Made by a program: the position numbers and the translations under genes
The notes under the pieces: model-generated
The model's database searches: none
Seen by the model: the letters and a program-made list of their open reading frames with translations, nothing else
Told to the model about the DNA's origin: nothing
Source of the DNA: Eukaryota sp. TZLM1-RC
Taxonomy: Eukaryota; Protista; Metamonada: BaSk clade
Direction of reading: 5' to 3'
Length of the DNA: 64,000 nt
Assembly: GCA_040285825.1 (NCBI GenBank)
Contig: JAUPSS010000001.1
Location: 682,001 to 746,000 of the forward strand
Shown: in pieces, positions 22,134 through 35,447 of the stretch
Layout: every line of letters begins with the position of its first letter
How positions within the stretch are numbered: position 1 is the first letter of the stretch

Positions 22134-24042
22134 ACCTTTTTTTCTTTTTATTAATCACCTTAAATTTACCTACAGTTCCATTTATTTTACTATTCTTATT
22201 ATCAGTTCATTATATTCTTCATCCTTTATCATCAAATAAAAAAATTACAAATTTGGTGTTATTTATTTCTTTTGGTTTTGTTTTACTATTTTATTCCACT
22301 TTCTCTTCTTTTATTTCCTCAATCTGTGATTCTCAATTCGTAATTGTGTTGGGCGTTTGTAAGACCCAATCTTATTATTATTCAGTTATTATCTTTATTT
22401 TAATTTCTTCTTTATCTCATTTAAATTATTTACTAAGAAGAATAGATGGTGAAAGTAGAACCTCTTTGTCTTTTCAATCTCCTTTATTCTTAAAATTCAA
22501 ATCAGTAATTGGAGTTTGCTTTATTAGCATATACTTGTTATTTAGAGTTTGTTTATTGGAAATTGTTATATTAGCAATCTTTGTGGTTATTGTTTTACTC
22601 CCAATTGTTGGAATTCGAAATTCTTTAATTGACTTTATCGGATTTTCTAGTTTGGTTCTGGTCATTGCTAGTTTATTTATAATCCAATACACCCCAGTAA
22701 TGGATTATTTATCCACACTTCTCCCAGCTCATTATGTTGACGTGATATCACGTTATCATTTTGACCTTTTATTTGATCGATTTGTTTTTCTTATTTTTCC
22801 AGTATTATCTTTTGTTTTTCTTAAGGGAATTGACTTTAATCAGCGCTTCATTTCCCTTTCAAGACCTTCAATTATCAAAAATTTAGTCGTTTTCATTCTA
22901 GTAATTTCAACATTCCAACCATATATTCTAAATCTAATTCCGTTAATAATTTGTATTTTTGATTTAACTCTAATCAAACACACAAACAGAACTAGTAGGA
23001 AGCTGCTTTATCTAATAACCTCAATTTTAACAATAACTCGATTAACAATTACTTATTTATCAATAGCATTGCCTCAAGATTTTATTAAAAATCCCATATT
23101 TAAAATATTTGCATTACCCTCACTCAACCATTGTGACTCTGTTTTTTGTCTAGAGCATGCTTTAATTTTATTACCTTTGGTTATTCAATTAATCATTTCT
23201 ACCTCCTTCATCAAATCACCTTCCCCATCAATCACGTCGCCTGTGATTGCTTTATTTACATCGCAATTCCAACTACTTGGCCCAGCTTTCATGCATACAG
23301 TGGCAGTAGTGTTTGCTTGGGTATCTATTCTATCTATAAGAGATCCTTTTTCTATTATTCTAGGAGCTTCCTGTTTAGGCTTTTTTAGTTCTCATCATTG
23401 GAGACATCGGAAAAAACTTGTTTGGTTGGTTCTGTTGGGGTTAGTGTTTGGGGTTGTTTCCAAAATTTTGTTGTCTTCTTTATGTGATCTCTATCCTGAT
23501 CTCCATTCTTCATGGCCGAAATTTTACGAATTTTTCGGAGTGTCTTGCACATCCAACTCTTTCCTTTTTCACTTCAGTTTCCCCATTTTAGCCATATTTT
23601 GCCTCTATAGGTCCATGGCCAATCCCCTTGACTTGAGCTTATACCGCCCCGAAACTGAAGATGAAGTTTCTCCCATCGCTTTTAAAATTGAAAAGTTTTT
23701 GTTACCGCTTTTAAGACCTTGTCTAATTATTTTATTGTTCTTTATCGGTGTTCAACGTGCATCTGTTCCTGCTTTGCTTTACGTAATTGTAGCACTTTGG
23801 TTGGTATATTCGGACTCTGTTTTTACTGAGCTGAAAAGGGCAACGTTGGTTAAAGCACAATATCTATAGATACTCTTCTGTATTGTCTTGCTTGCTGTGC
23901 TATCTCGCTGCTTTGTGGTTTCCTTCAATTCCCACCGTGATGATTGCTTTCACCACGATCACTTTTGGTTTAATGTCCAAATATGGAGGCAAAGCTAGGT
24001 TTTGGCAGTTTATTTTGGGAATTTATCTATCTTTATTATTAA

Positions 24043-27000
24043 TGAAAAGTTAATTTATTGAATTTGCACACTTGATTAAATTAAATCATAACTAATGGGA
24101 CGACTATCATTAAACCAAGATTTCCTCTACAAAATCTTGATTTGCTTGCTGTCTAGCTAAAGCTTCTCTAATTCGATTGAAAAACCGCGGTAATCTATTA
24201 ATAATGGCAAATTGAATCCGTGAACGCCATAAAAAAATATCAAATCTTTTCATTTATTTATTTTCTACGAAGAATCAAATAGAACAAACTAAAACACATA
24301 AGAAACTAAATTCTCCACGCCAACTCTTGATGAATCCTTATAAAGTTTAGACATCATTAAACTCAAGTACTTGGGAACACTTCTGTACAAAGCGAAAATG
24401 ATACGATTTTTCCATAAATTCTCTGCAAAATTCTTACCACTTGAACGACATAAATTACCAAAATCATTGATGAAATTCAAGGCGGATTGTCCAATGTTGC
24501 CAAAAATCGAAAAGGCAAAAGGAACAAACGAAAACTTCGAATAAAGGTTCTTATTTAAATCATTTAATATCTCAGTATATTTATCTCTCTTACGATCTTC
24601 AGCCTTGATTAAATGACCATTAGTACTAAGTAAAACATCATCGCGATAAACAAAAGCAAAGGGATCAACTGTAGTGAAATCAACAACAACTTGAGAGGAA
24701 TCCACAAAAGGAGCAATTAAATCACCTCGACGTGAATTAAAAAGATTATCATCACTATAATGCTTCAACAAAGGTTCTACTTTGCAACTAAAATTGTAAC
24801 ACTTGAACATCTCATATGTCACATCACGAACGGCATTATGAAGAACTGACCTATATTGGAGAAATTTCTTACAGCTCACAATATGACGAAAATTGGCAGT
24901 AGGTTTTTTGTTACAAATACAATAAGAATTGTCCAAAAGACCACTTGGATACATCCCTAATCTCAACCGCATGTTTTGTTTCCAAGCTTCATTTGTTAAG
25001 TGAAGACCAAATGGCCTTGGTTGCTGAGATATTAAACTAGTACAGTTCTGAATGTCTGATAAAAAGGCAGCAAAGACGGGATTATTAATCTTAGTCACAC
25101 TAAGTCGTTTAGAAAAATCCAGGTCTTCAAAACCAATAAGAACAGACTTCTGTAATTTCACAACAGCAAGATGAAGGTTGGTGAAAGATCTCGAAGGCAC
25201 AGCAGGCAAACTTGAAGGAAAACTCCTATTCCAAACATCAACAGGTAGTTCTTGCACCATTTTGTCAAGAGAAATTAATAAAGGATGTGATTCATTCAAA
25301 GGAATATGATCAAAACGAAGTTTCCATTCAAAAGAAAATTTTTCATACCACCAATAAAAGCACTTTTGCATAAATACTCTGCTTTTGAAAAACCAACTCC
25401 ACCAAATTTAGGACTAAAAAATGCATGATAAGGAATTTTAGACGGACAAACTTCTACTAAATTTCCTAAGAAATTTGTTCTCAAAGTATTGAATTGACGT
25501 GCAAAATCATGAGAAATTGTGGGAGATAAAGAACGAAGAAGATGATTAATTTTTGACCCAAAACACACATTGAGGACCGAAAACGCTAAATGTTTGTCAA
25601 TTTGTAGATCTTGAATAGCCAAAAGTTGCTCTTCGATTTTTTCCAAAATACCTGACAAAATCGATTTAACTTTTTCACTATTTCCAAAATAAGATCCAAG
25701 AAACCGAATAGCATCTTCCTCGTAATCAACGTATTTGATAAAAGTTTCATTAAATGCCACCTCCGCATGCTGATTACCAATAATGAAACACTTGGGCAAT
25801 TTAATGTCTAACCCTATTTGTTTGGCCAGAAAAACAAAATGTTGTAAAACCGTGTTGTAAAAAGAGACAAAGGGCCAATAAGTGATAAATCATCTGCATA
25901 AGCACATATATGAATGTCAGGAAAATCCGACTTAAATTTTACCAAAACTGATTGCAGTGCTAAGCAAAAGAAAAATGGACCCAATGGATCCCCTTGTTTG
26001 ACCCCTCTTGACGAAACAATATTCTCAGAATGAAAAATTAAGTTAGAGGGTGATCCATACATCAATTTAAAATACGGCAAAAGTGGAGGATAGTGTAGTT
26101 CAAGTTCATGCAAAATACTGGAGCGAAAAACGGAGTTGAAAGCATTTTTAAAATCAATGTTCAATAAATAATTTTCGCCTTTTTGATTGAAAAGTAAATC
26201 TGTACACAACGCAGCACATGTTGTGCCATCAGGAATTCCGATAGCAAACTGATAAGGACGAAAAAAATTAATTGCGGATGACTTAACTCTTTTAAAAGAA
26301 ATAATTGCTAATAATCTCGTTATGGACTCACCAACAGCAATAGGTCTGACACCACCTCCAGGCTTATTTAAAGCAACTAAACGAGATGCCATTAACGCCT
26401 GTGGTAACTTGAAACGTCCCATGATGACACTATTAAAAAAAGAAAAACTAAATCATCCACGATTTCTGGACATATGTTGACTGCGGACTTCAAATGATCA
26501 TAACTAAGTCCAGAAGGCCCAGCAGAACGACCAGACGGAAGTCCTTTAATAGCTACACTAACTTCATCACAAGTGATAGGATTAGCAGTGAAGAAATCAC
26601 GTTCATTATCAGAGACTATGTGATTTATGGTGAAGTCTTCATGTGGATGAAGAGAATTTAAAGAATCCAATGTTTCATCATTGAAGGCAGCAGGAGAAGA
26701 ACCAGCCAATAATTTAAGTGCTGAAGAGTATTGTGAACGAAGAATCAAAGACTCAAAGCGCTTTTTTGACATTTTTAGATTGTGGAACCGACTTCTTATA
26801 TTTAGATTTCTTGTGTGAAGACATAGCCTTAGAAAGAAAAAATTTCCAAAAAATCGAAGGATTCCAAATGCCCTTTCGAAGAGAGAAGGTTAAAGATCGA
26901 ATAACTGTTGCAAGAGAAGACGAATGAGCAGGAGAAACGAATTGAGGGATTGCAAATGGAGGTCTACAAGGATCAATTGGCGTGCAAGAATCACAAACCA

Positions 27001-28032
27001 AAAGAGGTCGACCCGAAACATTGAATCCAGAAACTGGAGAACAACAGAACAAACATGATTTTGTATTACTACTGACTGAAGACGAATGAAGTATCTGTGG
27101 AGGCTCAATAGACTCAATAGGTGAAGATAATGATGCCAATACAGCTTCATCTGACAAAACTTTTCGCCGAGAACATGTTGTTTTTGTGTGACCAACAGTT
27201 TTGCACAAAGAACAGGTAGTCACAGAATTCTTAGGGCGTCCTCTAGAAGGTTTTGACGTAACTGACTTCGGAGGCATAGATAAGCATGGAGGGAGAAAAA
27301 AAAATCTTTTCATTGTTTTTTCTTTCACCATTTTTTGGAAGTCATCCAAAAAAGTTTCTGCTTCAACTGATAATCTTCCATTTATCGAAAATGGGAAAGC
27401 AATAAAAACCAGCTGTGTATTTCTATCGACATTTGCATCTTCAATTTCTTTATCATATTTTCTATGTTTTTCTTTTGCTTTAAAATCCAGAGCAGCCACA
27501 GGATTAAGTTTTTTTCTGTGAACCAAAGTATCGTTGGCAACATTACATGAGACAAAGTCAACAATAGCTTCAGAATTATCAATCCAATCACAGTATACAT
27601 CACCTCTATCATCAGAACCAAAATTATTCAGAGAAAGTGTTTCCTTCAGCAGGGGCTCTTTGATACACGATATCCTTGCAGTTTGTGCCATATTGAAAAC
27701 AGTGTCTCTAACAGCATCATGTAATGAAGAACGATAAGTTATCAATTTAGAGCCATTTAGAGCATGGCGCAAAGTGAGTTGAGGTGAATTCGAACAAATA
27801 CATTTTTCTTTTGATAATAATTGGTTAATGGGCATGTTCAAATATAATCTCATTTTTGTTACAAATGCTTCATTAGTAGCACACAATCCAAATCTTCGTG
27901 GTACAATGGTTACAAAAAGTGAAGAATCTGACATCTTGTTTTCACAAACACCCTTTTCCAATAACAATGAGTGAAGATCTTGATTTAAAACAGCCTAGCT
28001 GCAAATATTATTATAAAGATCTTTTTCATACA
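24043..28032 (-). mobile_element. Family C 5'-truncated retrotransposon inserted in Piezo and interrupted by family A
   Basis: Family C sequence at 27302-28032 and 24043-24254 (CICSNS, HDAVRD, RGDVY, KEKHRKY). TSD at 24033-24042 and 28033-28042. Confidence 0.85.
24255..27301 (-). mobile_element. Full-length CRE-like RLE non-LTR retrotransposon, family A (~3.05 kb, single frameshifted ORF 27277-24289)
   Basis: AT-hook RGRP; knuckle CSLCKTVGHTKTTC; C4 finger; RT (RPIAVGE, IDFKNAFNS, GVKQGDPLGP, YADD); CIC..H..C; HNAVRD; RGDL..VVDFT..KRDKY. 13-bp TSD aaatcttttcatt at 24242-24254 and 27302-27314. Confidence 0.9.
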
Positions 28033-30362
28033 TTATTATTAACCCATTACATTTTCACCTTTCCTTTCTTTTGTTTTTGTGTTTCGCCATCAGATTCAAT
28101 TACCATTTCCTTTGGTAAGTCATGTCTAGATCCCACCAAGTGTCCTGTTCCAAGGGAGCTTATCGATCCATCAAGTCACCCCTCAGCCCTAAGTTCGCAA
28201 CTCATTTACCTTGTTGGTATTGCTCCTATTGGTAGCTTCCTCTTCTCCTACCCTCCCTTGCTGATTGCTGCATTGGGTATCGTTCTTCATCGTTCTATCT
28301 CGTTTAGAATGGGCAGGTGGGGAATTGATGTAGAGGAGAGAGTTGGGGTTCGTCATGTTTGGGGAAGGGTCGTGGTCTTCTTCAAGACTCTAATGGAGAA
28401 GCGTTTCGACGCTATTGGAGTAGACCTCTACCCATTTATGTTTTTTATTGATATACTTCAGTTAATTGCGCTTCCATTTGCCTTTTTTAGTAGCTCAACA
28501 GCTTCCCAGTCGGTAATCCAATCAGTCCAGCTCAGTTATTTACCTGGTTTCCTTGCAATTTGGTTGATTGTTCAGTTTCTGTTAATCATTATTGATAGAA
28601 CTCTTTTCTATTTGAGATTCGCAAGACTCAAAGCTCTGGTTCATTTCATTTCTAATTTCACTGTGTTAATTGTTTTTTGTTTAATTTTCCCCCGCAGTAA
28701 TCACGAATTACCAATTAATGCACCTTTTCTCCTAGTCGCGGCCTTTCTGCGGTTTGTGGCTGCCGTGTTGAGCTCTCTACAACTTCGTTTTGGTTTTCCG
28801 CCACCTTCTTCCAAAGCCTTTTTGATGAAGTCTTACGGTTCTTTTAATAATTATGGATACCAAGCCTTTAGAGTCATTCCTTTTCTTTATGAAATGAAAT
28901 GTTTGTTGGATTGGTCTTTGACTACTACTGCTTTGGAATTTAATTACTGGATGCGAATAGAAGATATTTATTCATCGTTGTTTTTAATCAAATGCAGAAG
29001 GTTATCTACAGCGAAAAGGGGTCGAAATTTTGGTGATCCACAACCAAAATTTGACAAATTTTCGCAAGGTTTTCTTTTGTTTTTCGGTCTTACGCTTTTA
29101 TTATGTTTGCCCTTAATTTTATTTAGTTCTGCTAACCCAGTCTCCAAACCAAACCCTATCCAACAGGCTAGTATTGATGTAAGTTTTAATAACTACTTGC
29201 CCATTTTCTCTCAGCATGAAGTGCACAAAGTCGATGTTATCCCGGCTACACAATACAATGCAATTGTTAACCAACACTCCTTGCTCCGCGATTCTAACCG
29301 TGCAGATGTACGAAAGATTACCTTTTTCACTTCATCTGATTCTGTGTGGACCATTGCTCCTCCTGCCATGAACGGGCTAGTAGAAGCTTTGCAGGAGGGA
29401 AGGGGAATAGTATCTGTTACTTTGTCGTTTAACAGACACTATCCAAGCGATAGGAGGACAGCAAAGGGATGGTACTCATTCAATTTAGATAATGAACATT
29501 GTTTAGAGTTGGCCAAGTTATTTTCTGGTGATTTAGAAGAAGTAAAAATACCTTTACTTCCAAGAGCTGCATTAATTCCTCTGGCCGAATCACCAATCTT
29601 TTCTGATCAACGTGAGGATACTCTCATTCAGCGCAGAGAGCGTGACGGACAGACTTATTGGTTGATCAAGGATGCTGATTCAAGAGAACCATTCTATATG
29701 TATACTTATAGTTTAGAATCGACCGCTGCACTTGGTGCTTATGCCAGCGGGGGTTTGATTGGATTGTATCTATCAATTGTGATTGGTGTTGGTAGGTTTG
29801 TTCGACTTTCATTTTCGGACAGCAAATCCCAAATTTTTGTTTCGGCTCTCCCAAATGTGGATAAATTACTTGAAATCTGTGAGGATTTGTTCCTGGCCAG
29901 GAGTATCTCAGATTTGGTGCTTGAAGAATCAATTTACAAGGAAATCATTCAGATATATAGAGATCCAGATACTTTGATTGAATTAACCACACCACCAGTT
30001 AAATAGTTATTGGAGATAGGTATCTTCTAGGGTTAGAATAAATTGGATTTGGTAAATTCATTGAAATCTGGAGCCCAGACCACTTCGATTTTCATCCATA
30101 CGATTTTCTATTGAGTGGGTTACGGGTTATATGAGCCTACTGCTGGGGCGGTGGAGGAGTGGGAATAGAAAGTTGTTCGGGGAGGAGCTGTGGAAAGGCG
30201 TGATTGGCCGAAGCTTTGCTTGGAGGGAAGTCTTGGATTGTAATACACGGGTCCAGGTGTATGAAGTCTTTGCTTAAAGTGTCATTTTCATTATGGGGAT
30301 TCTCATGTAGCACGATATGTCCAAAATTGAGTAATAAATGGTGGTCTAGATGGGGCACATAT

Positions 30363-30732
30363 AGACTACATTGAATCTTTGACTACATTGGATCTTTTGG
30401 ACAGCAACATTACCTCTGAAGGCGCTAGTGCTCTCGCCCGTGCTCTGGAGAGCAATTCCACTCTGACTGAATTGAATCTTGTGTGCATCAACATTACTGA
30501 TGAAGGTGCTAGTGCTCTCGCCCGTGCTCTGGAGAGCAATTCCTCTCTGACTACATTGTATCTTGGGGACAGCAACATTACCTCTGAAGGCGCTAGTGCT
30601 CTCGCCCGTGCTCTGGAGAGCAATTCCACTTTGACTAGATTGTATCTTCAGCGCAACAACATTAGCAATCCAACCAAATCCAAACTTCGACAAATAGCAT
30701 CTAATCGTCCTTCTCTCCGAATTTTCGTGTAA
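30363..30732 (+). pseudogene. Orphan LRR cassette (4 repeats + C-terminal cap) with no kinase
   Basis: Same 84-nt framework and C-terminus as 15576-17822; no ATG start. Confidence 0.85.
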
Positions 30733-30842
30733 TAAACACATGTCAATCACTTTTTTCATCAACACAAAACCAACTACAAAATCGTCCAACACCAATACAA
30801 ATCAAAACCCAATATAAACTAGAAAAATCAACAAAATCATTT

Positions 30843-31113
30843 GCCAACATCGTAGTCCAGTGGGTTTGCTCTTCGTTCTCTGCTATGGCAACAGGGTTCG
30901 AATCCTATCTGCTGCACTTCTGGCAAAAAAAGGGAACCCCAAAGTGGGAGCCAGCGTTTCCTTTCCCACTTTCCGGGTCTGACTGCATGGTGCTTGATCA
31001 ATGAGGGTGATTCTGAAGATTGGGCATTTTAGGTTTTTGTGGATCTTGATTTTGCATGTTATTCGCATAAATTTCCTTTTGTGAGAAATTGTTACTGTAA
31101 TTTTTTAACAAAT
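30843..31113 (+). mobile_element. tRNA-headed SINE-like element copy, followed by a family A 3' fragment (-) to ~31501
   Basis: Near-identical to 17933-18200. Confidence 0.55.
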
Positions 31114-31502
31114 ATATATTTATTTTCTGCGAATAATCAAGTCAAATCAAAAGAAACTAAAACACACAAGAAACAAAACTATTTGGGAACACTTCTATAC
31201 AAGGCGAAAATGATACGATTCTTCCATAAATTCCCTGCAAAATTCTCACCACTTGAACGACATAAATTATCAAAATCATTGAGAAAATTCAAGGCAGACT
31301 GTCCAATGTTGCCAAAAATCGAGAAGCAAAAAGGAACAAATGAAAACTTGGAGTAAAGGTTATTATTTAAATCATTTAATATTTCAGTATATTTATCTCT
31401 CTTTCGATCTTCAGCCTTGTTTAAATGGCCATTAGTACTAAGTAAAACATCATCGCGATAACACAAAGCAAAGGGATCAACTGTAGTGAAATCAACAACA
31501 AC

Positions 31503-31748
31503 GCCCGTGCTCTGGAGAGCAATTCCACTCTGACTGAATTGGATCTTCAGTACAACAACATTACCTCTGAAGGCGCTTGTGCTCTCGCCCGTGCTCTGGA
31601 GCGCAATTCCTTTTTCACTTTTTTTCAGAAAAAGCGCAATTCCACTCTGACTACATTGGATCTTTTGAACAACAACATTAGCAATCCAACCCAATCCAAA
31701 CTTCGACAAATAGCATCTAATCGTCCTTCTCTCCGAATTTTCGTTTAA
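31503..31748 (+). pseudogene. Orphan LRR cassette (2 variable segments + cap) fused to a family A fragment
   Basis: Junction aacaacaac|gcccgtgct; carries the same 33-nt insert as copy 1. Confidence 0.85.
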
Positions 31749-31858
31749 TAAACACATTTCAGTTACTTTTTTCATCAACACAAAACCAACTAAAAAATTC
31801 TCCAACACCAATACAAATCAAAACCCAATACAAACTAGAAACAAAAACAACATCATTT

Positions 31859-32126
31859 GCCAACATCGTAGTCCAGTGGGTTTGCTCTCTGTTCTCTGCT
31901 TTGGCAACAGGGTTCGAATCCTATCAGCTGCACTTCTGGCAAAAGGGGACCCCAAAGTGGGAGCCAGCATTTCCTTTCCCACTTTCCGGGTCTGACTGCA
32001 TGGTGCTTGATCAATGAGGGTGATTCTGAAGATTGGGCATTTTAGGTTTTTGTGGATCTTGATTTTGCATGTTATTCGCAAAAATTTCCTTTTGTGAGAA
32101 ATTGTTGCTGTAATTTTTTAACAAAT
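31859..32126 (+). mobile_element. tRNA-headed SINE-like element copy, followed by a family A 3' fragment (-) to ~32532
   Basis: Near-identical to 17933-18200. Confidence 0.55.
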
Positions 32127-32583
32127 ATATATTTGTTTTCTGCGAATAATCAAGTCAAATCAAAAGAAACTAAAGCACATAAGAAACAAAATTATTTGGG
32201 AACACTTCTGTACAAGGCGAAAATGATACGATTCATCCATAAATTCCCTGCAAAATTGTTACTACTTGAACGACACAAATTACCAAAAATCATTGATAAA
32301 ATTCAAGGCGGATTGTCCAATGTTGCCAAAAATCGAAAAGACAAAAGGAACAAACGAAAACTTCGAATAAAGGTTCTTATTTAAATCATTTAATATCTCA
32401 GTATATTTATCTCTCTTACGATCTTCAGCCTTGTTTAATTGGCCATTAGTACTTAGTAAATCATCATCGCGATTACACAAAGCAAAGGGATCAACTGTAG
32501 TGAAATCAACAACAACTTGAGAGGAATCCACAAAATTTCCATCTTTTATGCATAACTTTTAATCCAATAAAGAATAAAATAAT

Positions 32584-33718
32584 TAATTTATTGAATTTGC
32601 ACACTTGATTAAATTAAATCATAACTAATGGGACGACTATCATAAAACCAAGATTTCCTCTACAAAATCTTGATTTGCTTGCTGTCTAGCTAAAGCTTCT
32701 CTAATTCGATTGAAAAACCGAGGCAATCTATTCATCGTGGCAAATTGAATCCGAGAACGCCATAAAAAATATCAAATCTTTTCATTGTTTTTTCTTTCAC
32801 CATTTTTTGGAAGTCATCCAAAAAAGTTTCTGCTTCAACTGATAATCTTCCATTTATCGAAAATGGAAAAGCAATAAAAACCAGCTGTGTATTTCTATCG
32901 ATATTTGCATCTTCAATTTCTTTATCATATTTTCTATGTTTTTCTTTTGCTTTAAAATCCAGAGCAGCCACAGGATTAAGTTTTCTTCTGTGAACCAAAG
33001 TATCGTTTGCAACATTACATGAGACAAAGTCAACAATAGCTTCAGAATTATCAATCCAATCACAGTATACATCACCTCTATCATCAGAACCAAAATTATT
33101 CAGAGAAAGTGTTTCTTTCAGCAGGGGCTCTTTGATACACGATATCCTTGCAGTTTGTGCCATATTGAAAACAATGTCTCTAACAGCATCATGTAATGAA
33201 GAACGATAAGTTATCAATTTAGAGCAATTTAGAGCATGGCGCAAAGTGAGTTGAGGTGAATTCGAACAAATACATTTTTCTTTTGATAATAATTGGTTAA
33301 TGGGCATGTTCAAATATAATCTCATTTTTGTTACAAGTGCTTCATAAGTAGCACACAATCCAAATCTTCGTGGTACAATGGTTACAAAAAGTGAAGAATC
33401 TGACACCTTGTTTTCACAAACACCCTTTTCCAATAACAATGAGTGAAGATCTTGATTTAAAACAGCCGAGCTGCAAATATTATTATAAAGATCTTTTTCA
33501 TACATTCCAGTCAATCTTTTCTGTAATGTTCGAAGAGTGTACTTCAAATTTAAAACATTTTTTTCTGGAATATTGCCATTGAATGATTGGGGAAAACATC
33601 GACCCCATTTTTCTACATCAATTCTTGAAATTTCTTCATTTAATGCAAAAACAGTGGAACTTTGCGTTGTCATCAATAAATCTTCCCAATCTGCAAATCT
33701 TTCGGAGAACTCAAAGAT
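32584..33718 (-). mobile_element. Family C 5'-truncated retrotransposon
   Basis: CCHC and RLE motifs. TSD taaaataat (32575-32583 and 33719-33727); the empty site is at ~18648. Confidence 0.85.
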
Positions 33719-34053
33719 TAAAATAATCAAATACACAACTAAAACTCCATATCCTCAAAGTGTGCCTCCTCTACCACAAAACAATCAATTACTAAAGATT
33801 CAGAATATTTCCCAAAAAAATGCAGAATGAATCAGAAATTAATTCACCATTCCCTTAAAAATAAATAATACAATCCGGTTTTGCCAGTCAACACACTTGA
33901 AAATTCTTCCAGTTCTTTCCTTTTCAAAGACTCAAGCAAGGAAAAAACAAATGAACATAAAATGTATTGGGCATGTGAATATTCATTGACAAAAGAAGTA
34001 TGTTTCACGAATTAAAAAATTTTGTATTTTTCGCTAGCAAGAAAAAAACTATT

Positions 34054-34551
34054 TGATGCCGTTAAGCAGATGAACACACGAAACAAAGAGAGAATTCTTA
34101 GTTTATAAAATTAATTCATAAACCAATATCACGAAGAAATCTACTAAATCAATTTAAGCTAAACAACAACACTTTTTTCCGTTTTTTTTGAAGACATTGA
34201 GCAATACATGAACACGGCAGAAAAAGAAGTTGTCCAATTTTTCCGGTAATTTTTTGACATCATTACACACAGTTCAAATGTACATTTGTTGGTATAAGTC
34301 GAGATGAACAGAATGACATAACATATATTATTGACACTATTAGTCTCAATAAACTAGAAGGAACCATCACATTCGCTACTCAGGAACAGCTAAACTGCAT
34401 TCCAGGCTACACCGTCGGTTGTTGTTGAATTATAATTGATTTAGTAGGGTTCTTTGTGTTTCGACTGATCACGTTATACTCGATTATGAATCAGTTATTA
34501 ATCAACTCAGTGTTCTCTCTCCTTCGTGTGTTCATCTGCATAACGGCATCA
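34054..34551. mobile_element. Second copy of the long-TIR element
   Basis: Same TIRs as 19027-19532. Confidence 0.65.
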
Positions 34552-34790
34552 CCTTTTCATAGACAACGCAAAACTGAGTCAAAGTATATGGTTTAATTAC
34601 CTTACGTGTTTTAAAGACAATCACAGATGTTTGGTCATCAAACATCTGTATATTTTTCAAATTTATCTCAACTTATTCCACCCATAAAAAACACCTGCAA
34701 CCTCAAAAGTTTCGGAATAACAGAATGTGAATTTATGCATTTCCAATCAGCTCAATCAAATAATGCCACCTCAAATATGAAACCTATTAT

Positions 34791-35111
34791 ATGAAACAAA
34801 AATCTTGGTTGTCGATAAAAACAGTGAAAAATCAACAGAACAAGAACTCACAGATGACTTGCTCTCAATCATTTATATCTTCAATTGCAGACAAATGGGT
34901 AGACGAAGGTATAAAAGCACAAAAGGTGAGAATTTATCCATCGAGGTTACAGAAGAAAATTCTTCGTAAAATTACCCATAAAGGAGAATTCCATTTTGCA
35001 TCCCGCTCATCATATCACAAACAAGACATTACCCCATTGGTTGCCCTAACTTTTGAGAGACAAACAAAGGCATTGGGTAGAGCATATTTGGAAGATGAAG
35101 CTTATTCATAA
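34791..35111 (+). pseudogene. Second copy of the Fanzor2/TnpB-like remnant
   Basis: Two amino-acid differences from 19773-20093. Confidence 0.55.
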
Positions 35112-35447
35112 ATGTTTATTTCATTAATAAATTGAATTTCTATAATTGAACATCATACAATGCTTCACTGAACTTGAATTATGTCTTTACGCCCAAGATC
35201 ACCATTATGAATACAACTGTCTAATATCAATTTTTCCTGTCAAAGTAGTTATACCAACATCCACACAGCAGAGATAACTTTATGATGGCGATTTGATCAA
35301 TTCCTAGAGTATGTGTACCTCAAAATATCAAATCCCATTAGAATGGTTTATGCCATTATCCTATATATATTAATGCGAGTGTGAGTGGGTGTTATATTCA
35401 ATTAGTCTTTTCATAAAATAAATACCAGTGGTTTGATTGAATTCCTC

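Larger units (their letters stand above)
22140..30006 (+). pseudogene. PIEZO: Piezo copy 2, 5'-truncated, internally deleted and split by nested retrotransposons
   Basis: 22140-24042 and 28033-30006 are contiguous Piezo sequence joined by the TSD ttattattaa. ~720-nt deletion at ~23842. Confidence 0.85.

Noticed and set aside
27898-28032. Novel N-terminus on the 702-aa Piezo ORF and the 404-aa chimeric ORF 26753-27967
   Set aside because: Artefacts of reading across retrotransposon insertion junctions.
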